64,000 nt of DNA from NCBI GenBank assembly GCA_016839765.1, contig JAEOTP010000069.1, forward strand, positions 50,629 to 114,628, read 5' to 3'. The position numbers were made by a program, and so were the translations under genes. Positions 19,773-28,876 of the stretch are shown here, one piece after another (position 1 is the stretch's first letter; every line of letters begins with the position of its first letter). The notes beneath the pieces were generated by a model that saw nothing but the letters and a program-made list of their open reading frames with translations, made no database searches and was not told the origin of the DNA. Source of the stretch: Promethearchaeota archaeon. Its GTDB lineage: Archaea > Asgardarchaeota > Lokiarchaeia > Sigyniarchaeales > SOKP01.

Positions 19773-21818
19773 TTAAATTTCTTTTTCATCTGTTTCAAAT
19801 AAACCAGAATATGGTTCAAGAAAATGATTCATACACATAGGACAGGTGTTTTGTTTTGTAAGCCAGTCAGCTACGCATAAATAATGATATGTGCTTCCAC
19901 AGAAAGGACATGTTATCAATTTATCTTTGGCAAAATTTATATTTTTATGGCAAACAGTACACTGTACTTTAGAGACCGCAACTCCTTGCCGAATTTTAAC
20001 CTTCTTTGATACAATTTCTTCTAATTTGGCAACTTCTAACTGATATAAACCCAAACTTGCAGTTAATTGATTAATTTTCGCGTTGATCTCTAAAACTCGC
20101 TCTTTTAATTCATCCTCCGATAATCGTTCAGCCAAGAATGCGGATAATGCAAAATTTAATGGAAGCCCCTCAAAATTTTCTGTTTGTTTTGTTATTTCTG
20201 TTATTTCAGCAAATAAAATGGATTCCTCATCAATTAAGTCCTTAAAACTTTTAAAAATTTTATTAATGAGTAGAGTTAAAAGAAAAGTTAATTGCTGCTT
20301 TTTCCGGTTAAAATTTGTTTCCCAATGTTTAATGACATTGTACATATCAAAATTATTTTCTTTATATGTATTTAGTTTTATATATACTTCCTCTTTAATT
20401 TCATCGATTTTAGTTTTATAATTACTTAAAAGCTCTCGTATTTGTCTTAATTGTGGTAATTCTTCTTTAATTACTTTAGAAGTTTCATCTTCATAAGAAC
20501 TGATTAACTTATTAACCTCAGCGATCTTTCCATCAACGTAAGCTCTAATATCGACTCTTAATCCTTCATCTTTAATACTGTTCAAATAGATCTTATACTC
20601 ATCTTTTCGACGATAAATTTCTGAAATTAAATTTGCAAGTGTCTTTTTTAATGAGTTAGTAATACTTTCATAGGGTTTTAAAAACTGGTCAAAATTTAAA
20701 AGCCAGGTGTCGATCCCATCAATTTTAGATGAGAGATTATCAATTTTTTCATAGTAAGAATTTACAATCTTAACAAATTCATCAATATTTCGCTCATCTA
20801 CCTCATTAATGATAGATTGGAATGTTTTATCTAATCCTAAAAAATAGTATTCAACAATTTTAGGTAGAAATTCTTTGAATTTTTCTTTCATTAGTACATT
20901 TACATCTGATTTTCCTTTCGGTCCTTCTAAATCGTATTTTTTATCAAGTTCGATAATTTCATTAAAAATCCCTTTCAATTTATCTTCAATTATAGAAAGG
21001 ATAAAGGGACGCATTTTAGCTTTTAAATTATGAACAATATCTTTTCTTTCAACAATATTAATAAATTCTTCTCCTGCAAATTCCTCAAAGATATTATTTT
21101 TCTTTAACAAGAATATAAGATCCTCGTAAAAAGTTAATTTTTTGTCTTGTTTACTTAAAAAATATTGATAAAGCTCATCAAAGTGGAAAGTTATAACAAC
21201 CTCTTTACGAGATCTAATTCTTATCTTGGTTTTTGCTTCTACTAAACTAGTTAGGAATATAAACAATTCCTGAATTTCTTTCCAATAATTTAGAGATTCT
21301 GGTATATCATTTAGTTTAAAGTTTAAATTTTTAATTTTATTTGCTTCTATCCATAAATATATATCATTATCATAATCTTTTTCAATCTCTTTAGTATGTC
21401 TTCTTAATATTGAAATAAGTGTATCTGTTTCATTAATTAGATTGTTTGTATGAACCATAAAGTCATTAATATGTTTATGATCTTTTAAAAACCGCTTAAT
21501 ATTTCTCCCGTTTGCACTTAAATTAGATAAATTACTGGATAATAATCTTAACTCCTCCTGGATCTCATTTTTCAAATTTAAATAAAAACTTTTTTCCGAT
21601 TCTGAAACCAAATACAGTTCAATAAATTGCTTAATATTTTCAATATAATCGGTATATAAATCAAGAATTTCAGTATTAAATTGTGACTTTATAAATTTGT
21701 CTAGCTCAAGATTATCTGATTTTAATTTTAAAATTTGAGTTTTAATTTGCAGAATTTCATCCTGTTTAAAACCCTTAATTTCTCTAGCATTATTGAAAGT
21801 GTTATTAAATATATACAT
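19773..21818 (-). CDS. Helical/coiled-coil protein with C-terminal C4HC3 RING finger (putative E3 ubiquitin ligase)
   Basis: CTVC-x13-CPFC-x4-HYLC-VADWL-x5-CPMC. Confidence 0.8.
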   Translation of the reverse strand: MYIFNNTFNNAREIKGFKQDEILQIKTQILKLKSDNLELDKFIKSQFNTEILDLYTDYIENIKQFIELYLVSESEKSFYLNLKNEIQEELRLLSSNLSNLSANGRNIKRFLKDHKHINDFMVHTNNLINETDTLISILRRHTKEIEKDYDNDIYLWIEANKIKNLNFKLNDIPESLNYWKEIQELFIFLTSLVEAKTKIRIRSRKEVVITFHFDELYQYFLSKQDKKLTFYEDLIFLLKKNNIFEEFAGEEFINIVERKDIVHNLKAKMRPFILSIIEDKLKGIFNEIIELDKKYDLEGPKGKSDVNVLMKEKFKEFLPKIVEYYFLGLDKTFQSIINEVDERNIDEFVKIVNSYYEKIDNLSSKIDGIDTWLLNFDQFLKPYESITNSLKKTLANLISEIYRRKDEYKIYLNSIKDEGLRVDIRAYVDGKIAEVNKLISSYEDETSKVIKEELPQLRQIRELLSNYKTKIDEIKEEVYIKLNTYKENNFDMYNVIKHWETNFNRKKQQLTFLLTLLINKIFKSFKDLIDEESILFAEITEITKQTENFEGLPLNFALSAFLAERLSEDELKERVLEINAKINQLTASLGLYQLEVAKLEEIVSKKVKIRQGVAVSKVQCTVCHKNINFAKDKLITCPFCGSTYHYLCVADWLTKQNTCPMCMNHFLEPYSGLFETDEKEI

Positions 21819-21976
21819 TGAAATACACCAAATTTATTGAGTTTGAATCACAAATTAAAAAATTTAACATTTAATAAAATTTTTAGCAATAAATAAGAAT
21901 AAGATTTGAAATATTCAAACTGATAGGTTATAATAATATTATTACAATTAAAAATTTAAAAAAGAGATTTAGAAAG

Positions 21977-22597
21977 TTATTCTCCAAGTTCTTTAATTTC
22001 AATAAATTTCTCTTCTGCTCCTTCTTTTGAAATAATCAGTAAATCAATCCCATTTCCAGACATAGCATCTCTCTTAATAGCATTTCTTATAGCTTTTTCA
22101 ACAAGTTTCTCGCCTTCAGCAATCGTCATACCTAGTTTATATTCTGCTTCCAAAATCCCATAAGACAAGAGCATTCCTGTTCCAGCCGCCCCATAATCAT
22201 CTGGCATTAAAGATCCAATAGCATCAAGCGTATACAATTTTGGACCATCTTTATCTAATCCTGCTACAATTAAATTAGTCAATAATGGCATCATCTTACG
22301 CGAGTATAAAAAATTCGAAACTAATTTAGCTAAACTCTGCGTACTTATTCGCTCACCAGCATCTAATTCGTATAAATTAGCTTGAGCTCTTAATATTTTT
22401 ACTAGAATTTGAAAATCTCCTATCAGTCCATATGCAGCCAAACCAATATGATCTATAATCTTAAAGACTTTCTGGGTGGACTTATTGACTACTGTATATC
22501 CCCACGTCGCTCTTCTGTCGCTACCAAGAATAACACCATCCTTACATTTGATAGCTATACTTGCTGCCCCGGGGATCATAATTTCCTGTTGACTCAA
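21977..22597 (-). CDS. psmB: Proteasome beta subunit lacking the catalytic Thr1
   Basis: DGVILGSDRRAT; KVFKI; GLIGDFQ; LDAIGS; AIKRDAMSGNGID. The N-terminus is PG-AAS instead of G-TTT. Confidence 0.9.
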   Translation of the reverse strand: MSQQEIMIPGAASIAIKCKDGVILGSDRRATWGYTVVNKSTQKVFKIIDHIGLAAYGLIGDFQILVKILRAQANLYELDAGERISTQSLAKLVSNFLYSRKMMPLLTNLIVAGLDKDGPKLYTLDAIGSLMPDDYGAAGTGMLLSYGILEAEYKLGMTIAEGEKLVEKAIRNAIKRDAMSGNGIDLLIISKEGAEEKFIEIKELGE

Positions 22598-22720
22598 AAA
22601 TAATAAACCTCAAAAAATAATAATTTCAATCTTGAATTAGTTATTATTTATAAATAATAAAGAATTAATTAAAATTTTTGTTTTAAAATATAAAATTCCT
22701 CGAATAAAGGGAAATAACAC

Positions 22721-23461
22721 TTATTTTTTTCTCATTATAAAGAAAGTATATCCATAATATTCTGAATAATTCCTAAACATTTTAATTTCTACACTAAATA
22801 ACTTAAGCAATTCAAGTGTCTCATTATCATGTTGGTATTTTTTGTGTAATTTATTAATGTTTTTCTCTACGGGAATATAATAATTATCCCACCAGCTAGA
22901 TTCGGGAATGTTAAAGTGGGATATCAAATTTAGTCCTTTAGAATTTATTGTTGTTTTATTTTCTTTTACACTTTTCATCACTGGATATTCGCTCATCAAG
23001 TAATCATATATTTCTTTCGGAGCGTTTTCCTTAAACCAACATAGCTCTGAAATCACGAGATATCCTTTTTCTTTAAGAAAAAACGGCCAATCTTCAAGTG
23101 CTTTTTCAAATCCGTAGATATACGCTGCTCCTTCTGACCAAATAATATCAAAACGATTAACCTCAAATTTCATATCAAGCATAGATTGATTTATTGTAGT
23201 TATTCTGTGAGAAAAATTCAAATTCTTAACTCTTTTATCTAGCTCATCGAGATAAGGCTGATGGTTATCTAATGCTATTATTCTTCCATTTGTTAACCTG
23301 GCTAGTTCTAATGTTTGCATACCATTACCACATCCCACATCCAAAATGCAAGGCTCTGAAGGTAATTCCATTAGATAAGAAAATGCATTTTTTGTAGATT
23401 CATTATCACCAGGTCCTTGTCTTGGCAAATCTGCATTAAATACTTCGTATATGATATCCAA
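22721..23461 (-). CDS. Class I SAM-dependent methyltransferase
   Basis: LPRQGPG; LDVGCGNG; FDIIWSEGA. Confidence 0.88.
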   Translation of the reverse strand: MDIIYEVFNADLPRQGPGDNESTKNAFSYLMELPSEPCILDVGCGNGMQTLELARLTNGRIIALDNHQPYLDELDKRVKNLNFSHRITTINQSMLDMKFEVNRFDIIWSEGAAYIYGFEKALEDWPFFLKEKGYLVISELCWFKENAPKEIYDYLMSEYPVMKSVKENKTTINSKGLNLISHFNIPESSWWDNYYIPVEKNINKLHKKYQHDNETLELLKLFSVEIKMFRNYSEYYGYTFFIMRKK

Positions 23462-23528
23462 ATTCTTACACTTTTTTATATTTTAGTACATTTAATCAAT
23501 ATAATAACATAAATTGTTTACTAAAGGT

Positions 23529-24191
23529 CTATTTGATAACTTTATAGCTTATTTCTTTGCCATTTTTATCATAACATCTCACATTTTTTATCCCATAAGG
23601 GAATCCTATGATAAAGTGACAAAAGAATCCTTTAAAGATGCCCCTTAAATCTTGTAAGGAAGGATGAGGATTTCCAGAAGGATGTGAATGAACACTTGCT
23701 TGATAATAACGATCTAATGGAAGTCTAGATGAAGTAAAAATCCCTGATATTTTTGAGGTAAGGGTACCTGGAGGTAAAATAAACTCATTAAAAATTTCTT
23801 TTTCCATTTTTAAGATTCCTAAGATTTCTCTAGGATGATGTTCACGACATAATGTTATAATTCCTTCTAATAGCTCAGCTTTTATCAAAATTGTATTAGA
23901 TTCTAAATTCTCAATAAAGGTTATGATTTCATTGATAATTTCTATAATTGGTTTAGGATTTTTTGATTTCCACGTGTTTAAGGAATAAATAAGACGATCA
24001 AGTTTTTTATATATATCCCCATTCTGATTAATTAATTTTACTTTAGGTTTTTTTGGAAAATTTCTATAATCAATTTCTAAAATAGTTCCCTTTTTTAATT
24101 GAATTGAGATATGTGAGATTAATTTGTTATAAATTTCAGCATTAGGAAAATGCTTTATGATGTTTTGATATTGATCTTCTATGCTATCCAT
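23529..24191 (-). CDS. JAMM/MPN+ metalloprotease with N-terminal UBC/UEV-like domain
   Basis: HPRE ... HSHPSGNPHPSLQD (JAMM motif); N-terminal NFPKKPKV...LNTW..KNP..IIEII resembles the E2 fold without the Cys. Confidence 0.8.
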   Translation of the reverse strand: MDSIEDQYQNIIKHFPNAEIYNKLISHISIQLKKGTILEIDYRNFPKKPKVKLINQNGDIYKKLDRLIYSLNTWKSKNPKPIIEIINEIITFIENLESNTILIKAELLEGIITLCREHHPREILGILKMEKEIFNEFILPPGTLTSKISGIFTSSRLPLDRYYQASVHSHPSGNPHPSLQDLRGIFKGFFCHFIIGFPYGIKNVRCYDKNGKEISYKVIK

Positions 24192-24263
24192 TATTAGGAG
24201 TAAAAAAGGTTAGACACCAAAAGAATTTTCTGTTTTATAATATTCTTCTTAATAATTTTATTT

Positions 24264-24332
24264 TCAAATTTTAAACTTAAAAAAAAAGGAGTTGTGGAAC
24301 CACACAATACCATTGACTTTTATCTTTGGCAA
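24264..24332 (-). CDS. Possible 22-aa small ORF (MPKIKVNGIVWFHNSFFFKFKI)
   Basis: GGAGG SD about 10 nt before a TTG start; no other support. Confidence 0.2.
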   Translation of the reverse strand: MPKIKVNGIVWFHNSFFFKFKI

Positions 24333-25094
24333 TTTTAATCAACCTCCGAGTGTTTGTACATCTTAATTATAAAAACACAATTATGATTTATAAATAAAAT
24401 TGCGTAAAAATAAAATATTTTTATCCTTAATATATCATTATTGTTGTTCCGACTACAATGAGGTAAATGATTTCGAAACTCAAATTAATGTTACTTTCTT
24501 AACTCAATCATGACATAATAATTATGATCAAATATTTGGTGATATAACATTAAATGAGGATACAATTTTTTAATTCAAAATTTCTTTAATCTCCATTCTA
24601 TCATATAAAATTCAATATCTACCAAGAATTTTTCAATATGCATAATTGAATAATTTTGAGTCTAATAAATTCAATTCATCTTTTTTCAATGGTAAATAAT
24701 ATTATGATCTGATGGATCACCATGTGATACTTATCATGGATAATTTTTTTTGATTATATATTTTTTAATTCCCTATTGAATCATATTGAAATCAAAGTAA
24801 AAGACCCTACATTCTGTATTAATATTTGAATAATGGTGATACTAACAAAATTAATTCATTTTTGATGTGTGATCAGTTTCTAATATATCACAGATGGTGA
24901 CCGTTTATTCAAAACATTAATTTTTTGTCGTGATTTTTTATGCATTTATTTTCCCACCTTCTTCACACTACTACGTAACATTTAAATAACTCTTCCGATA
25001 TATTATTATCTAAGATACTCTAAAAATAACTTCAAAAAAAATTAAAAATTAAAAAGATAAAAAAATTTACACAAAAAAGTGGAGGAATGAAATT

Positions 25095-25313
25095 ATGGCA
25101 AAAAAGAAACATTCATTCGCGTGGAGCCCCATCAGAAGATTAATGAAGCAGCAAGGCGCTAGCATTGTCGCTCGAAATGCAGTTGATTTATTAATTGATC
25201 ACCTTGAAAAGACAGCAAGTGGTCTTACTGAACAAGCAAGAGCCTTTACAATGCATGCGAACCGTAAAAAGATAACCAAGAACGATTTACTCTTGTCGAT
25301 TAAATACAAATAA
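25095..25313 (+). CDS. Archaeal histone (HMf-type fold)
   Basis: SPIRRLMK..GA..VA..AV...HANRKKIT..DL; GGAGG SD at 25081; downstream T-tracts. Confidence 0.92.
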   Translation: MAKKKHSFAWSPIRRLMKQQGASIVARNAVDLLIDHLEKTASGLTEQARAFTMHANRKKITKNDLLLSIKYK

Positions 25314-25493
25314 ATAACTTTTGGATAAGTTGGGCTTCAAAAGGATAAAATTTTCATTTTTTTTTCTTTTTTTTACTATTTGTTATTTCTATATTTTTTA
25401 ATAATTCAAACAAGAGTTCAATAATTATTGGACTAAATATCTTTTAAGTAAATCCTTAGCTTTTTGATAATTAGTTTTATTTGAGTATTAAAA

Positions 25494-25820
25494 ATGATAG
25501 ATTTACAAATTAAAAAACCTATCCATTTTATCGAATTAAATGGTAATCCTCATAGAGATGGAAATGTAGCTACTTTAATGAATTGGGTTTTAAAGGGGTG
25601 TAAAGAAGCTGGAGCAAAGGTGGAATTGATTAATTTAATAGATCACCATATTCAATATTGTGAGCCGTTTCATACCTGTATTCGTTCAAGTGATTGTTCT
25701 ATCAATGATGGCATGATCAAATGCGTACTAAATTAATCAATTGCCGTGGAATTGTAGTAGGCTCTCCTGAATAAACTGGCGGGCCTACTACTCAACTCAA
25801 AGCCCATCTTGATCAAGAAA
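25494..25820 (+). pseudogene. Decayed flavodoxin / NADPH-dependent FMN reductase (iron-sulfur flavoprotein) gene
   Basis: NGNPHRDGNVATL...GAKVELINL. The homology continues in a shifted frame as CRGIVVGSPE*TGGPTTQLKAHLD, with TAA at 25772. Confidence 0.75.
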
Positions 25821-25866
25821 GAGGATGGTTAAAAATAAAAAATAAATAGAAAGTAAAAATTTTAAT

Positions 25867-26784
25867 TCAATACCAGTCTATATAACGGCTAGCCATTGGA
25901 TTCTTATCCATACATTGAACTCCGAATTGACAAAACTCACACCCTACAGGAAAATTATGTGCTTTATATTTCCAATTAATGCGGCGACTATACGATTTAA
26001 GAATAGATCTAAGGCGTGGTACCATTTCTCTTGCAACTTTTACACGATATCTGTTACATTTTGTTTTATCATAACCTTTCTCTGTAATCGCATTAGCAGG
26101 ACATTTTTTTATACAATCTCTACAAGTTCCTTTTGCAAAATATAAACAATTTGCATATGGTTCATCACTTTTTCTTGGAGTCACTGTTAGCGGTGCATTT
26201 GTAATCACCGAAGCTAATCGAATATTGCAACCTGCTTCGGTAATAAGCCCTTCATGTAAACCAAAAGTTCCTAATCCTGCAGCAAAGGCAACATGGTTTT
26301 CGGACCATGTGGAATAAAAATCTTTTTTTGCAACTAATGTATAGGCATCGCTAAGTTTTCCAGAAATAGCAGTAAACCCCTTATTTTGAAAGAAGTCAAT
26401 TGTTTGGCTCATTATATAATTCCTAAAATCCTTAGCAAAATTTCTGGCTACAGAATAAATTTCAGCAGGTAAAATCATTTTTGGTAATGTAATCGGGGTA
26501 TTACTTTCCTTTCGAATATTATCAGTAAACGGAAATATTATAGATACTGTATGTAGATCAGACGCTGGTACTTGTCCTTGACCGCTCGCCATCCATATTT
26601 CCAAGGGTGTAAGATGTTCTGGCCCTACAGTCTCTTTAAATTTTTGAAAAATAGGATCGCTCCCTTGAGCAATACCGATTAATGGATGAGAGAAAATTTT
26701 ACCTCCTCCGTAATTCTCTGGGAGACGATTAAGATTACTATTTTCAAATTTTCCCTTTAAAAATTCTAATAAATTTTCGTTCAA
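25867..26784 (-). CDS. QueG / reductive-dehalogenase-like Fe-S protein
   Basis: WSENHVAFAAGLGTFG; RLASVIT; C...CRDCIKKCP; CEFCQFGVQC. Confidence 0.8.
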   Translation of the reverse strand: MNENLLEFLKGKFENSNLNRLPENYGGGKIFSHPLIGIAQGSDPIFQKFKETVGPEHLTPLEIWMASGQGQVPASDLHTVSIIFPFTDNIRKESNTPITLPKMILPAEIYSVARNFAKDFRNYIMSQTIDFFQNKGFTAISGKLSDAYTLVAKKDFYSTWSENHVAFAAGLGTFGLHEGLITEAGCNIRLASVITNAPLTVTPRKSDEPYANCLYFAKGTCRDCIKKCPANAITEKGYDKTKCNRYRVKVAREMVPRLRSILKSYSRRINWKYKAHNFPVGCEFCQFGVQCMDKNPMASRYIDWY

Positions 26785-26967
26785 AATTAATCAAAAAATA
26801 TAAATTATATTGTTTTATAAAATATTGTCAAATTTTTATTTATTTTTTACTCAATTACTAAAAAAACTTTATTAGTAAATCTTAAATATACAAAAATGTA
26901 TATAAAACATCATATCTTAATTAATTATCACCTAAATTTACAAAATATAAATAATTGAGGTGGAAAA

Positions 26968-27261
26968 ATGGCTCTATTTATAATTCTTGGTAGGTATACC
27001 CAAGAGGGGATCAAAAACATTAAGGAGTCTCCGCAGCGACTTGAGGCCGCGAAAAAAGTAGCAGAATCAGTTGGGGGATCAATTAAAGAATTTTATTATA
27101 CATTGGGGCGTTATGATTTTATTGCAATAACTGAGGCCCCCAATTATGATGCAGTGCTGAAGGCTCTTATGACTATAGGTAGTACAGGTGCGATAAGAAC
27201 AGAAACATTACAGGCAATCCCATTCGAAAAAGCAATAGATATCATCAAGGATTTGCCATAA
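26968..27261 (+). CDS. GYD domain protein
   Basis: YTQEG; YYTLGRYD; RTETL; GAGGTGG SD. Confidence 0.88.
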   Translation: MALFIILGRYTQEGIKNIKESPQRLEAAKKVAESVGGSIKEFYYTLGRYDFIAITEAPNYDAVLKALMTIGSTGAIRTETLQAIPFEKAIDIIKDLP

Positions 27262-27399
27262 AGTTTCTTCATCATATTTTTAAATTTCCTTTTTTTTATT
27301 CTTCATTTCAATTTCACATAATTAAAATTTAAGTCTGTTTATCTTTCGCAAATCCTATAATCGAAACAAAGTTAATCAAAAACAATCTCATTAATTATA

Positions 27400-27861
27400 T
27401 TAGTATGAGTAAAATATTTCTCCATCTTTGAATTGAGATCTAATTTCGTTATTACTGACTAACACTTGTAATAAATCTTCTATAATGTTTTCATTGATTT
27501 CAATTAGATTTTCCTCATAGATTCTATTCAATAAAGCGTTAAGAGTAAAGGCTTTCCCTTTATTATTCTTTAAGAAATTAATAATGTCATCTATAACTTC
27601 AGTTTCAGTCTTTTTTTCTTTAATTGTATAAGTATTTGATGTTTTTTCTTGAAGACGATCTACTATCCGGATTATTATCCCTATTATAAATATTATGCAG
27701 CCAATTACTAGCATTACAGCTATAAGGGTTCTGAATAATGCCCTCAAAAAAGGAACAGGTACATACAGTCCATAATAAAAGCCAAAAATAGTGATTGCTG
27801 GTAATATAATAGCCGCTCCTATTATTATCAATATCAATCCTATCTTATCTAACTGCCTTAT
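27400..27861 (-). CDS. Two-TM protein with C-terminal winged-helix-like domain (start uncertain)
   Basis: 2 TMs, then IINFLKNNKGKAFT...L..LV...I....DGEIFY. The SD GAGGTG precedes an in-frame ATA at 27861; the track start is TTG 27837. Confidence 0.6.
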   Translation of the reverse strand: MRQLDKIGLILIIIGAAIILPAITIFGFYYGLYVPVPFLRALFRTLIAVMLVIGCIIFIIGIIIRIVDRLQEKTSNTYTIKEKKTETEVIDDIINFLKNNKGKAFTLNALLNRIYEENLIEINENIIEDLLQVLVSNNEIRSQFKDGEIFYSY

Positions 27862-28057
27862 TTTAATTACACCTCTTAAAAACTTTTAATTCTTTAATTG
27901 GATTCTTATGGGGTTATAAGAAAATCATCCTATAAAAATTAATACTTTGATAATTGGATTTTAAAAGATATAAATTAAAAATTATAATAACCCAAATATA
28001 TTTTTAAATTCCTTCCTTACAAATATTGTATCTTCATAAGTGATAAGATGGTTTAAA

Positions 28058-28705
28058 ATGGCTGATAAAGTTAATGATGAGGTTAAAGTAAATGGTAAAG
28101 TTAAGGAAATTCTTTTTCGAGCTATGGAAATAATGATGAAAAATCTCAAAGATAATATGAACCATTTAAGTAAACCTAAATATTTTGCGCACACTCAAAA
28201 ATTTATAAATTTGGTTTATGATGGTCTTGTAAATAAACGAAAATTTTTCTTACTAGCTTCTGGGAGGAGCGCATTCATACTTCAATGCTTTGCTACGCGA
28301 CTTGTCCATTTAGGTGCTAATATCTATATAGTAACCAATTTAGCTTCAATACCTGCGCTTACAAGTAAAGATATATTGATAATTTTATCAGGATCAGGAA
28401 CAACGGAGATTGTTGTTTCTCTATTGAAGAATTATGTTAATAATGTAAAGCCTTATGGAATCGTGTCAATCACCTCACACCCAGAATCAATAGTAGGGAG
28501 AATCTCAGAGATTACAATTAAATTAAAGGGAAGAACGAAAAGAGATAAGGTTGATCGCCATGATGATACAGCTCTTCTTACTCCAGAAGGCACAAATTTC
28601 GAGATTGCAGCATTTGTATATCTTGATTCTATTATAGCAGAGTTAGCGATAAAGATGGGTAAAGCCAATGAAGATCTACTTAAAAAACATTCAGAAACTA
28701 TTTAG
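28058..28705 (+). CDS. SIS-domain protein, 6-phospho-3-hexuloisomerase-like
   Basis: SGRS; RLVHLG; SGSGTT; TPEGTNFE; H near the C-terminus. Confidence 0.8.
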   Translation: MADKVNDEVKVNGKVKEILFRAMEIMMKNLKDNMNHLSKPKYFAHTQKFINLVYDGLVNKRKFFLLASGRSAFILQCFATRLVHLGANIYIVTNLASIPALTSKDILIILSGSGTTEIVVSLLKNYVNNVKPYGIVSITSHPESIVGRISEITIKLKGRTKRDKVDRHDDTALLTPEGTNFEIAAFVYLDSIIAELAIKMGKANEDLLKKHSETI

Positions 28706-28807
28706 CACCTCTTGTTTTCATTTTAAGATTAGCTTTTTTCTTCGTAATTGTAGACCTAATTAATTTGATAGGGTAAAAATTATTTAGTGAGGTAACAATA
28801 TTTAATT

Positions 28808-28872
28808 TGCGCTGATTTATAGTGTTTTTATGAGATTTAATTTCGATGACTAAAAATCTCCAAATCAGCGCA
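28808..28872. terminator. Long imperfect hairpin between convergent genes
   Basis: TGCGCTGATTT (28808-18) pairs with AAATCAGCGCA (28862-72); inner GAGATTT pairs with AAATCTC. Confidence 0.5.
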
Positions 28873-28876
28873 CATT

